DNA of 32,000 bases, taken from the NCBI GenBank assembly GCA_000008885.1, contig BA000021.3, positions 150,001 through 182,000 on the forward strand, given 5' to 3'. The translations under genes were made by a program, and so were the position numbers. Shown one piece after another: positions 19,179-28,435 of the stretch. Source of the stretch: Wigglesworthia glossinidia endosymbiont of Glossina brevipalpis. GTDB taxonomy: Bacteria; Pseudomonadota; Gammaproteobacteria; Enterobacterales; Enterobacteriaceae. Within the stretch, counting starts at the first letter, position 1, and each line of letters starts with the position of its first letter. Under the pieces are notes generated by a model. It made no database searches. It worked only from the letters and a program-made list of their open reading frames with translations, and was not told the DNA's origin.

Positions 19179-21059
19179 TCAAACTAAAAAATTTAACCAA
19201 TTTTTTATTTTTTCCTTAATTCCAATACTGTCTAACCCCAAAGAAGATCTTACTTCCGTTTGACTTCCATGAGAAACAAAATTATCAGGTATTCCAATGT
19301 TAAGAACAGGTACAAGCAATTTATTGTACATTATAAATTCATTAACTGCACTTCCAGCTCCTCCCATTATTACATTTTCTTCTATAGTAATTAAAGCTTT
19401 ATGTGTTTTTGCCATACGTATTAACAATAAGTTATCAAGAGGTTTTACAAATCTCATATCTACTAAAGTTGCATCCAGTTCTTTGGCTACTATATTAGCT
19501 TGTATTAATAACACTCCAAAATTTAAAATAGCTATTTTTTTCCCTTTTCTCAATACAATGCCTTTGCCTAATGGAATTTTATAAAGATTGCTAAATTTTA
19601 CTCCTATGCCATATCCTCTTGGGTATCTAACAGCGCTTGGACCTAGTTGTTGGTATCCTGTATGAAGCATTAGTCTGCATTCATTTTCATCACTAGGAGT
19701 CATTATAATCATGTTTGGAATACACCTTAAATATGATAAATCTAAAAAACCTTGGTGAGTAGGTCCATCTGGACCAACTATTCCAGCTCTATCAATTGCA
19801 AATAACACTGGTAATTTTTGAATAGCAATATCATGAATAATTTGATCATAGGCGCGTTGCAAGAAAGTAGAATAAATTGCTACAATTGGTTTATATCCTC
19901 CAATAGCTAATCCTGCAGCAAAAGTTACAGCATGTTGTTCTGCAATAGCAACATCAAAATACTGATTAGGATACATTTTAGAAAAATTAACTAAACCTGA
20001 TCCTTCTCTCATAGCTGGAGTTATAGCGATTAATTTTTTGTCTTTTTTTGCTGTATCGCATAACCATTTTCCAAATATTGAAGAATAAGTATTTAAAGAA
20101 TTTTGTTTTTTAGGAGGAATTCCGATTTGTAGATTAAATTTTGGAACTGCATGCCAACCGATCGGATCTTTTTCAGCAGGAGCATATCCCATTCCTTTTT
20201 TTGTAATTACATGTAAAATATTTGGTCCTTTTTTAAGCCTTAATTTTTTCAATATATTAGATAAAAGCAAAACATCGTGCCCATTATATGGGCCAGAATA
20301 ATTAAATCCTAATTCTTCGAATAAATACTTAGGAGAAAAATAATTGTTAATTTTATTTTCTAAAATTTCTATAATTTTTTTAAATCTAGGTATCTTATTT
20401 AGTAATTTTTCTCCATTCTTCTTTAAGAAAGGAAATATTTTTTTTGATATAAAATTATTAGAATATTTGTTTAAAGCTCCAACATTTTCGGATATTGACA
20501 TCTCATTATCATTCAAAACTATTAATAAATCTGATTTAATATCTCCAGCATGATTCATAGCTTCAAAAGCCATTCCGGAAGTTATCGCTCCATCTCCAAT
20601 TACAGAAACTACTTTGCGTCCCATGCCTTCTTTTCTAGCAGAAATCGACATTCCTAAACTAGCGCTGATAGAAGTAGAAGAATGTCCTACGGATAATATA
20701 TCATATTCACTTTCTTCTCTAAATGGAAATGGATGTAATCCATTTTTTTTTCTTATGCTTCTTATTTGGTCTCTCCTGCCAGTAATTATTTTATGTGGAT
20801 ATGCTTGATGTCCAACGTCCCAAACTAAATAATCAAAAGGAGTATTGTATATATAATGTAAAGCTACTGTAAGCTCTATTACTCCTAGACCTGATGCAAA
20901 ATGACCGCTAGAACTACTAACACTATCGATTAAAAATTCTCTTAATTCTTCACAAAGGAATATAAGTTTTTTTTTTGGCAATTTTCTTAATTCAATAGGG
21001 TTATTTATTTTTTTTAAAATTGAAAATTTTATTTCATTTTTGTTTTTTGAATTATTCAT
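19179..21059 (-). CDS. dxs: 1-deoxy-D-xylulose-5-phosphate synthase, 626 aa
   Basis: Seen are [31 protein letters not shown], the ThDP motif [18 protein letters not shown]...LNDNEMSIS and [13 protein letters not shown]. The gene is downstream of ispA as in the E. coli xseB-ispA-dxs operon. Confidence 0.96.
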
Positions 21060-21080
21060 TTTTTTGGAAAAATTATTTTA

Positions 21081-21983
21081 TTACTTATTTCTTATTATAA
21101 TATAATGCGCTAATTTTATTAGTGATTCAGTATTATAACCTAATTCATTAATATATTCTAAATAAGATAATGATTTTTTATATAAATTAAATGCTTTTTC
21201 TTTAGATAATTTTATTCCAATTAAACTTGAATAAGTATTTTTATTTAATTTTTTATCCGATCCTTGACATTTTCCAGTAATTTTTTTTGATCCAATTACA
21301 TTTAAAATATCATCTTGAATTTGAAACGCTAAACCTATTGATTTAGAATATTTTATTAAATTTATTAATATTTTTTTATTTTTTATATTACTAGATAGTA
21401 TTGTCATTCTAGTTGCAGCATAAATTAAAAAGCTTGTTTTGTATTTATAAATTTCTTCCAATTGTTTAATAGATATCAATGATCCTTGATTTTCTAAATC
21501 TAAAGATTGTCCTAAACACATTCCTTTAGCTCCAGATGCATATGAAAGTATAGAAATCATTTTCATTCTATTATTTACAGATACATCTGGCATATTTACA
21601 GTAGATAATATATTAAAAGCTAAAGATTGCAATGAATCTCCAGCTAATATAGCGATGTATTCATTAAATTTTACATGACAAGATTCACGACCTCTACGAA
21701 ATCTATCATTATCCATAGATGGCAAATCGTCATGAATTAATGAATATGCATGAATGCATTCTATTGAAGCCGCTATACAATCTAAATTATTTGAAGAAAC
21801 GTTAAGCATTTTTCCTATGCAATATACTAGAAATGCTCTCAATCTCTTACCGCCATTTAATAATGCGTATTTCATAGCTAAAGTTAAATTCATATTTTTT
21901 TTAGAAAAAATATTTAAATATTTTTTTAAAATTAAATTAATATGATTCTGAATCTTTGTTAAAGATAATAAAAAATTATTCAT
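21081..21983 (-). CDS. ispA: Farnesyl diphosphate synthase, 300 aa
   Basis: The first Asp-rich motif LIHDDLPSMDNDRFRRG and the second, FQIQDDILN, are present. The length equals E. coli IspA (299 aa). Confidence 0.94.
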   Translation of the reverse strand: MNNFLLSLTKIQNHINLILKKYLNIFSKKNMNLTLAMKYALLNGGKRLRAFLVYCIGKMLNVSSNNLDCIAASIECIHAYSLIHDDLPSMDNDRFRRGRESCHVKFNEYIAILAGDSLQSLAFNILSTVNMPDVSVNNRMKMISILSYASGAKGMCLGQSLDLENQGSLISIKQLEEIYKYKTSFLIYAATRMTILSSNIKNKKILINLIKYSKSIGLAFQIQDDILNVIGSKKITGKCQGSDKKLNKNTYSSLIGIKLSKEKAFNLYKKSLSYLEYINELGYNTESLIKLAHYIIIRNK

Positions 21984-22240
21984 TAAAAAAATTAAACTTT
22001 TTTAAAAACATTAATATTTTTTTATTATAAACACATAAAAAATTTTTTATCAAAAATAAAATACATGTTTTTATTAATAAATTTTATTAAAAAATAATTT
22101 GATATAAATTTAATTTGATTTATAATTATTAACAATCTTAAAACTAATTTCTGTGTTAGAATTAAAAATAAAAATATTTAATAAATATATGATTTAATGT
22201 AAAAAAAATTATATGAAATTTTAATTAAAAATTAAATTTA

Positions 22241-22543
22241 ATGATATTTATAAAAGAAATTAAAAATATATCTAAAATAAAAAAAACAGATATTATTTTA
22301 GATATAAGACATCCGGAAGATCAAAAAAACGATCCTATAAAAATAAAAAATTTTTTAGTTAGATCAATACCTTATTTTAAATTACATAAAAATTTTTCTA
22401 GTTTAGATAAAAATAAATCTTATATATTATATTGTAATAATGGAATGATGAGTAAATTACAATTAATATATTTATATGAGAAAGGATTTAAGAAAGTTAA
22501 AGTTTTTTTACAAAAAAAAAAATCAATCATATACTTTAATTAA
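22241..22543 (+). CDS. thiI: Stand-alone rhodanese domain corresponding to the C-terminal domain of ThiI; the THUMP and PP-loop domains are absent
   Basis: DIILDIRHPEDQKNDPIKI...IPYFKL...YILYCNNGMMSKLQLIYLYEKGFKKVKVF aligns with the E. coli ThiI C-terminus as I recall it (VVLDIRSIDEQEDKPL...LPFYKL...[31 protein letters not shown]). This includes the active-site Cys loop. The ORF sits exactly where thiI lies in E. coli, divergent from the ispA operon and next to panE. No convincing SD precedes it, so expression is unproven. Confidence 0.72.
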   Translation: MIFIKEIKNISKIKKTDIILDIRHPEDQKNDPIKIKNFLVRSIPYFKLHKNFSSLDKNKSYILYCNNGMMSKLQLIYLYEKGFKKVKVFLQKKKSIIYFN

Positions 22544-23425
22544 AGATCTTTCTTTATTTTTTACAAAATTAAACAATCTTTTATTTAACGGCACATTAAT
22601 ATTGAAATTTTTGCTTTCATTTATTATCACACCATTTATTTGATCAATTTCAGATCTTTTAAGATTTTTTATATCTTGAAGCATAGATGAAAAATTATCT
22701 TTCGTAGAAAAAATTACATATAATATATGATTATATAAATTATTTTTATTTATCGAGTAACCCTTTTTTTTCATTAAACATGATACCTCATTACACAAAA
22801 TTAATATTTTATGTTTATGTTTTAGCAAATTTCCATTTTTGCAATTATAAAAAACACTAAGTGGGTTAATAATACAATTTATAGATAATTTTATCCAAAT
22901 AAAATAAAAAATATTTTTTTTCCAAATTACTCTAGGTAATACTTGATTTAAAATATTTATTGTTGTTATAGAAAAATACTGAGATTTGTTTCCAGGACCA
23001 ATATAAGTTTCTCCATAAAAAACGTGATAAACATTTTTGTTAATTGAATATCCAGCATGAGTTGTTATTCCCAAAAACAAAGGCTGCTTTATATCTTTCA
23101 ATTTTTTATATTCTATTATTCCATTATTTATTATTACAATAGCACAATTTAATTTTAAATTTGGTAAAAATTTTTTTATAACTTTTATAGATTGAAAAGA
23201 TTTTAATGTTACTAATAATATATCTGTATCTCTTAAATGTAAAATGTCATTACAACTTGCTTGATATGAAAATTTATTTTTAGAACTAGATATAATGTTA
23301 AAATCAAAAAAATTTTTTTTAAATCTCAACCAACCTTTAACTTGGTATTTTTTTTTTAAAAAATATGATATCCAAATTTTTCCTATTACTCCACATCCTA
23401 AAACTGTAATTTTCATATAATCCAT
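22523..23425 (-). CDS. panE: 2-dehydropantoate 2-reductase (ketopantoate reductase), 300 aa
   Basis: The sequence is collinear with E. coli PanE: MKITVLGCG, LLVTLKS, INCIINPLSV, SSMLQDI and SEIDQINGVII. The true start may be the second Met (MKITV, nt 23416) rather than nt 23425. The TGA stop at 22523-22525 overlaps the thiI-remnant ORF. Confidence 0.92.
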   Translation of the reverse strand: MDYMKITVLGCGVIGKIWISYFLKKKYQVKGWLRFKKNFFDFNIISSSKNKFSYQASCNDILHLRDTDILLVTLKSFQSIKVIKKFLPNLKLNCAIVIINNGIIEYKKLKDIKQPLFLGITTHAGYSINKNVYHVFYGETYIGPGNKSQYFSITTINILNQVLPRVIWKKNIFYFIWIKLSINCIINPLSVFYNCKNGNLLKHKHKILILCNEVSCLMKKKGYSINKNNLYNHILYVIFSTKDNFSSMLQDIKNLKRSEIDQINGVIINESKNFNINVPLNKRLFNFVKNKERSLIKVYD

Positions 23426-23692
23426 TGAATAAGTGACATTAAATAAAATTTTTTATTTAATTTTATTTATCAAAGTAATATAAGTTATATATTTATTAAA
23501 AATAAAATTTTTAATTTTAGTCTTAACAAGATATATTGTGATTAAAATTTACCGAAGTTAATTTATAAATTTTACAAAATTTAAATTTTTAATAAAAATT
23601 GTTTTTAATTTTGTTCCAAAAAAAAGATAATTTTGTTCTTTTAAAGAAAATAAAATAAAACACTATATGAACTTTATCAAGGCTATTTAAAA

Positions 23693-24541
23693 ATGTTTAA
23701 TAAAAATATAAAAAAATTTAAAAAAATTATATTTATTTGTATTATATTTTTCTTAAGTGGATGTAATAATTTAGTTATTATGAATCCTAAAGGAAATATT
23801 GGTATAGAGGAAAAAAAACTAATACTTATAGCAATTTGTATTATGTTATGTATAGTAATTCCAGTAATTTTAATGACTTTAATATTTGTAATTAAATATA
23901 GGAAGTCTAATAAAAATGCTATTTATAAACCTAATTGGTCTCATTCTAATAAAATTGAATTTGCTATATGGAGCATACCTATATTTGCTATTATATTTTT
24001 GGCTAATATAACTTGGAATACAACTAAAATTTTAGATCCAAAAAATGAAATTATTTCAACAAATAAACCCGTAAATATACAGGTAATTTCTTTAGATTGG
24101 AAGTGGCTTTTTATTTATCCAGAATACAACATCGCAACTATTAATGAAATTGCGTTTCCTAAAGATGTGCCTGTAAAATTTAATATTACTTCTAATTCAG
24201 TTATGAATTCTTTTTTCATTCCTCAGTTAGGAAGTCAAATTTATGCAATGGCTGGGATGGATTCTATATTGCATCTTATATCTAATCATTCTGGAAAATA
24301 TAAAGGAATTTCTTCTAATTTCAGCGGAAAGGGATTTTCAGATATGAAATTTTCTGCAATATCTTTGTCAAATAAAAATGAATTTTACGATTGGATAAAA
24401 AAAGTAAAATCTTCCTCAAAAGAAATAAAAAATATCAAAGATTATGAAAAAATTTCTAAACCTAGCATAAATAATCATGTTGAATATTTTTCTACAGTAA
24501 AATCAAATCTATTCTATGATGTAATAAAAAAGTTTAAATAA
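23693..24541 (+). CDS. cyoA: Cytochrome bo3 ubiquinol oxidase subunit II (lipoprotein), 282 aa
   Basis: A lipobox FLSGC occurs at residue about 24, as in E. coli CyoA, followed by two TM helices. Seen are SLDWKWLFIYPE and NSFFIPQLGSQIYAMAGM. It is the first gene of the cyoABCDE cluster and is about 30 aa shorter at the C-terminus than E. coli CyoA. Confidence 0.94.
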   Translation: MFNKNIKKFKKIIFICIIFFLSGCNNLVIMNPKGNIGIEEKKLILIAICIMLCIVIPVILMTLIFVIKYRKSNKNAIYKPNWSHSNKIEFAIWSIPIFAIIFLANITWNTTKILDPKNEIISTNKPVNIQVISLDWKWLFIYPEYNIATINEIAFPKDVPVKFNITSNSVMNSFFIPQLGSQIYAMAGMDSILHLISNHSGKYKGISSNFSGKGFSDMKFSAISLSNKNEFYDWIKKVKSSSKEIKNIKDYEKISKPSINNHVEYFSTVKSNLFYDVIKKFK

Positions 24542-24603
24542 TAAAATTAATTTTTTAAAAACATAAAAATAAATTATGCAAATTTACAAAGGACAAAAAA
24601 ATT

Positions 24604-26568
24604 ATGTTTGGTAAACTAAATTTTGATGCAATTCCTTATAATGAACCTATAATTATGGGTACATTAATTGTTGTTTTTTTAATAAGTTTGGGATTAATTA
24701 TATCAATTACATATTATAAAAAATGGAATTATTTATGGAATGAATGGTTTACTTCAGTAGATCATAAAAAAATTGGAATTATGTATATAATAATGGCATT
24801 TGTTATGATGATACGTGGATTTGCAGATGCTATAATGATGAGATCTCATCAAGCTATTGCATCTTCTGGGAATGAAGGATTTCTCACTCCTCACCATTAT
24901 GACCAAATAATTACTGCTCATGGAGTAATTATGATCATATTTATGGCTACTCCTTTCATAGTAGGACTAATGAATTTGATAGTGCCATTACAAATTGGAG
25001 CAAGAGATGTAGCGTTTCCTTTTTTAAATTCTTTGAGTTTTTGGTTGTTTATGGTTGGAGTTGTATTGATTAATTTATCATTAGGAATAGGAGAATTTGC
25101 ACAGACAGGATGGGCTGCATACCCTCCTTTATCAGAAATTACATATAGCCCAGGAGTTGGGGTAGATTATTGGATTTGGAGTATTCAAATATCTGGTATT
25201 GGAACAACATTAACTGGAATTAATTTTTTCGCTACCATTTTAAAAATGAGAGCTCCAAATATGCCTATGATGAAAATGCCAGTATTTACATGGACTTCTT
25301 TTTGCACTAATATTTTAATTATAGCAGCTTTTCCGATCTTGACTGTAACCATTTTTTTATTAACTTTAGATAGATATTTAAACACCCATTTTTTTACAAA
25401 TGATATGGGTGGAAATATGATGATGTATATAAATTTATTTTGGGCTTGGGGGCATCCTGAAGTTTATATATTAGTTTTACCTGTTTTTGGTATATTTTCC
25501 GAAGTAGTTGCAACTTTTTCAAAAAAAAGTTTGTTTGGATATAAATCTTTAGTTTTTGCAACAATTGCAATTACTTTGTTATCTTTTTGTGTATGGTTGC
25601 ATCACTTTTTTACAATGGGATCTGGATCTAATGTAAATGCATTTTTTGGAATTATGACTATGATTATAGCCATCCCAACTGGGGTAAAAGTATTTAATTG
25701 GATATTTACTATGTATCATGGAAGAATAAAATTTCATTCATCTATGCTTTGGACAATAGGATTTATTATCACTTTTTCTATAGGAGGCATGACAGGAGTT
25801 TTATTATCAGTTCCAGGAGCAGATTTTGTATTACATAATAGCTTATTTTTAATAGGTCATTTTCACAATGTAATTATAGGAGGTGTAGTATTTGGATGTT
25901 TTGCCGGAATGACGTATTGGTTTCCTAAAGCATTTGGATTTAAGCTAGATGAAATGTGGGGGAAAAGAGCATTTTGGTTATGGATTGTTGGTTTTTATAT
26001 AGCATTTATGCCTTTGTATTTTTTAGGGTTTATGGGGATGACTAGAAGATTGAGCCAAAATATAGATAAAATATACCATATCCCTTTATCTATTGCAGCT
26101 TTTGGAACATTTTTAATTTCATTAGGAGTTGTTTGTCAAGTTATACAAATTTTGGTGAGCGTAAAAAATAAATCAAAAAATAAAGATCATACTGGAGACC
26201 CTTGGAATGGAAGAACGTTAGAATGGTCTATTCCTTCTCCTCCTCCTGTATATAACTTTGCAAAAATTCCAAACGCTTATAAAGTTTTAGATTCATTTTG
26301 GTTTATTAAGAATAATAAAAATAATAAACAAAAAATTTTTAGTTATTCTCCTATTCATATGCCTAAAAATACTAGTGCAGGAATTTTTATATCTGGATTT
26401 GCATTAATATTTGGATTTTCAATGGTTTGGCATATTTGGTGGATGTCTTTGCTAGGAATTGCAGGATCTATTATTACATGGATATTTTATAGTTTTAAAA
26501 AAGATATAGATTATTACATATCTATAAAAACTATACACGAAATTGAAAGTAAAAATATTAATAAATAA
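24604..26568 (+). CDS. cyoB: Cytochrome bo3 ubiquinol oxidase subunit I, 654 aa
   Basis: All heme and CuB ligand contexts are seen: [32 protein letters not shown] and [10 protein letters not shown]. The quinol-site context [11 protein letters not shown]...HHYDQ is present. AGGA lies upstream of the ATG. Confidence 0.97.
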   Translation: MFGKLNFDAIPYNEPIIMGTLIVVFLISLGLIISITYYKKWNYLWNEWFTSVDHKKIGIMYIIMAFVMMIRGFADAIMMRSHQAIASSGNEGFLTPHHYDQIITAHGVIMIIFMATPFIVGLMNLIVPLQIGARDVAFPFLNSLSFWLFMVGVVLINLSLGIGEFAQTGWAAYPPLSEITYSPGVGVDYWIWSIQISGIGTTLTGINFFATILKMRAPNMPMMKMPVFTWTSFCTNILIIAAFPILTVTIFLLTLDRYLNTHFFTNDMGGNMMMYINLFWAWGHPEVYILVLPVFGIFSEVVATFSKKSLFGYKSLVFATIAITLLSFCVWLHHFFTMGSGSNVNAFFGIMTMIIAIPTGVKVFNWIFTMYHGRIKFHSSMLWTIGFIITFSIGGMTGVLLSVPGADFVLHNSLFLIGHFHNVIIGGVVFGCFAGMTYWFPKAFGFKLDEMWGKRAFWLWIVGFYIAFMPLYFLGFMGMTRRLSQNIDKIYHIPLSIAAFGTFLISLGVVCQVIQILVSVKNKSKNKDHTGDPWNGRTLEWSIPSPPPVYNFAKIPNAYKVLDSFWFIKNNKNNKQKIFSYSPIHMPKNTSAGIFISGFALIFGFSMVWHIWWMSLLGIAGSIITWIFYSFKKDIDYYISIKTIHEIESKNINK

Positions 26569-26585
26569 TTATTAGGTATTTTATT

Positions 26586-27203
26586 ATGACAACTCATACA
26601 GTTTCTTCTTCTAAAAAGATATTTCATAATAATGAAAGCAATAATCACGAAAAAACAAAAATTTTAGGATTTTGGGTATATTTAATGAGTGATTGCATTT
26701 TATTTGCAACTCTATTTGCCACTTATTTTGTATTAAAAGATAATGTAGCAAATGGTCCTTCTGGAAAGGAAATATTTGAAATACCTTTAGTATTTTTAGA
26801 AACTATAATTTTATTGTCTAGCAGCATGACATGCAGTATTGCATCATTTTCAATTAAAAAAAACAATAAAATTAAAACAAACATATGGTTATTTATTACA
26901 GTTATACTTGGAATTATATTTATTAATATAGAGATTAGTGAATTTTATTCATTGATTTGTAAAAATTATGGACCAGATCGTAGCGCTTTTCTATCTATTT
27001 TCTTTACTATAGTAGGAACTCATGGTGTTCATGTAATTTCTGGAATAATATGGATGATTGTTATAATGATACAAATTTATTTTTACGGATGTGATAAAAT
27101 AAATAAAATAAGATTAAAGTTATTAAGTTTGTTTTGGTATTTTTTGGAAATAATATGGATTTTTGTTTTTAATGTAATATATTTATTAGGAATAATAAAA
27201 TGA
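26586..27203 (+). CDS. cyoC: Cytochrome bo3 ubiquinol oxidase subunit III, 205 aa
   Basis: The position and length match E. coli CyoC (204 aa). It is a five-TM hydrophobic protein with GFWVYLMSDCILFATLFATY and GTHGVHV motifs. The TGA stop overlaps the cyoD ATG (ATGA at 27200-27203). Confidence 0.94.
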   Translation: MTTHTVSSSKKIFHNNESNNHEKTKILGFWVYLMSDCILFATLFATYFVLKDNVANGPSGKEIFEIPLVFLETIILLSSSMTCSIASFSIKKNNKIKTNIWLFITVILGIIFINIEISEFYSLICKNYGPDRSAFLSIFFTIVGTHGVHVISGIIWMIVIMIQIYFYGCDKINKIRLKLLSLFWYFLEIIWIFVFNVIYLLGIIK

Positions 27204-27529
27204 AAATGTTATCTAAAAATAAAACTTTATCTATATGTAAAAATAATAAATCCTATTTTATAGGATATATTTTATCTTTTTTTTTTACATGTATTCCATT
27301 TTTATTAATAATAAATAAATGGAATTTATATAATGAATTAATTTATAATTTGATAATCATATGTGCTTTTTCTCAAGCAATAATACAATTTACATTTTTC
27401 TTAAATATTTTTGATAATAGCAGAATTAATTGGAAATTAATATCATTAACATTTACTATCTTAATAATTTTTATTTTAATTTTTGGATCTATTTGGATTA
27501 TGAATCATTTGCATCATAATTTAATGTAA
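27200..27529 (+). CDS. cyoD: Cytochrome bo3 ubiquinol oxidase subunit IV, 109 aa
   Basis: The length is the same as E. coli CyoD (109 aa). It is a three-TM small protein lying between cyoC and cyoE, with 4-nt ATGA start/stop coupling to cyoC. Confidence 0.9.
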   Translation: MKMLSKNKTLSICKNNKSYFIGYILSFFFTCIPFLLIINKWNLYNELIYNLIIICAFSQAIIQFTFFLNIFDNSRINWKLISLTFTILIIFILIFGSIWIMNHLHHNLM

Positions 27530-27560
27530 TAAATTTAATTAAAATAAATATAAATATTTT

Positions 27561-28427
27561 ATGATAATAAAATTTATTCAGATAATTAAACCAGGTATTA
27601 TATTTGGCAATATTATATCTACTATAGGAGGATTTTTATTAGCCTCTCAAGGAGATATAAATGTAAACTTATTTATTTTTACTATTTCAGCTACTGCAAT
27701 TTTAATTGCATCAGCTTCTATATTTAATAATTGTATAGATAAAGATATAGATATAAAAATGCAACGTACTAAAAATAGAGCCATAGCAATTGGTTTAATT
27801 TCTTCTAATATTGCATATATATATGCATTAATATTATTAATTTTGAGTTTTTTATTATTCTTAAAAACTAATTTTTTAACAATTTTTATTTCTATGTTAG
27901 GCTTTTTTATTTATGTATTTATTTACAGTTTGTTAATGAAAAGAAAATCAGTATATAGTACTATAATTGGAAGTTTGTCTGGAGCAACACCTCCTATAAT
28001 AGGATATTGTTCTGTAAAAGAACATTTTGATATTGGAGCTTTTATTTTATTATGTATTTTTAGTTTTTGGCAAATACCTCATTCTTATGCTATTGGGCTC
28101 GTAAGATACAATGATTATAAGATTGCATCTATTCCTATTTTTCCAATAAAAAAAGGATCTTTTAAAACAAAAATAAATATAATAATTTATATTATTGCAT
28201 TTTTTATTTCTACAATAATGTTATTTTTTGCAGGATACACTGGAAATAATTATTTATTTTTTTCTATATTTTTTGGACTTATATGGATTTTTATAGCAAT
28301 AAAAGGATTTAAGTCTTCAGAAGAAAATTTTAATATCATATGGGGAAGAAAAATTTTTTTATTTTCTATTGTAATTATAACTGCTATTAGCATTCTTATA
28401 TCTATAGATTATAAAAAAAATATATAA
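27561..28427 (+). CDS. cyoE: Protoheme IX farnesyltransferase (heme O synthase), 288 aa
   Basis: It has a UbiA-family polytopic profile. Seen are NCIDKDIDIKMQRTKNR (the Asp-rich prenyl-diphosphate site) and the YSTIIGSLSGATPPIIGY motif. It is the last gene of the cyo operon. Confidence 0.94.
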   Translation: MIIKFIQIIKPGIIFGNIISTIGGFLLASQGDINVNLFIFTISATAILIASASIFNNCIDKDIDIKMQRTKNRAIAIGLISSNIAYIYALILLILSFLLFLKTNFLTIFISMLGFFIYVFIYSLLMKRKSVYSTIIGSLSGATPPIIGYCSVKEHFDIGAFILLCIFSFWQIPHSYAIGLVRYNDYKIASIPIFPIKKGSFKTKINIIIYIIAFFISTIMLFFAGYTGNNYLFFSIFFGLIWIFIAIKGFKSSEENFNIIWGRKIFLFSIVIITAISILISIDYKKNI

Positions 28428-28435
28428 AAACAATA

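Noticed and set aside
23693-24541. CyoA is about 30 aa shorter than E. coli CyoA, considered as a possible truncation or pseudogene.
   Set aside because: The lipobox, both TM helices and the cupredoxin-like core motifs are intact. The missing part corresponds to the poorly conserved C-terminal tail, and cyoB follows with normal spacing. This looks like ordinary symbiont protein shortening.
2721-25385. Eighteen 62-115 aa ORFs from the six-frame track: 2721-2927, 3204-3431, 5204-5443, 7361-7699, 7958-8305, 9562-9759, 10096-10290, 10681-10902, 11274-11462, 12941-13132, 13991-14227, 18243-18527, 18546-18815, 19297-19584, 20344-20553, 20614-20808, 21754-21945 and 25185-25385.
   Set aside because: Each lies entirely inside a well-supported conserved gene, either antisense or in an alternative frame. 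They have Phe/Ile/Leu/Pro-rich shadow-frame composition and no recognisable motif or ribosome-binding site. This is the expected background of spurious ORFs opposite real genes.
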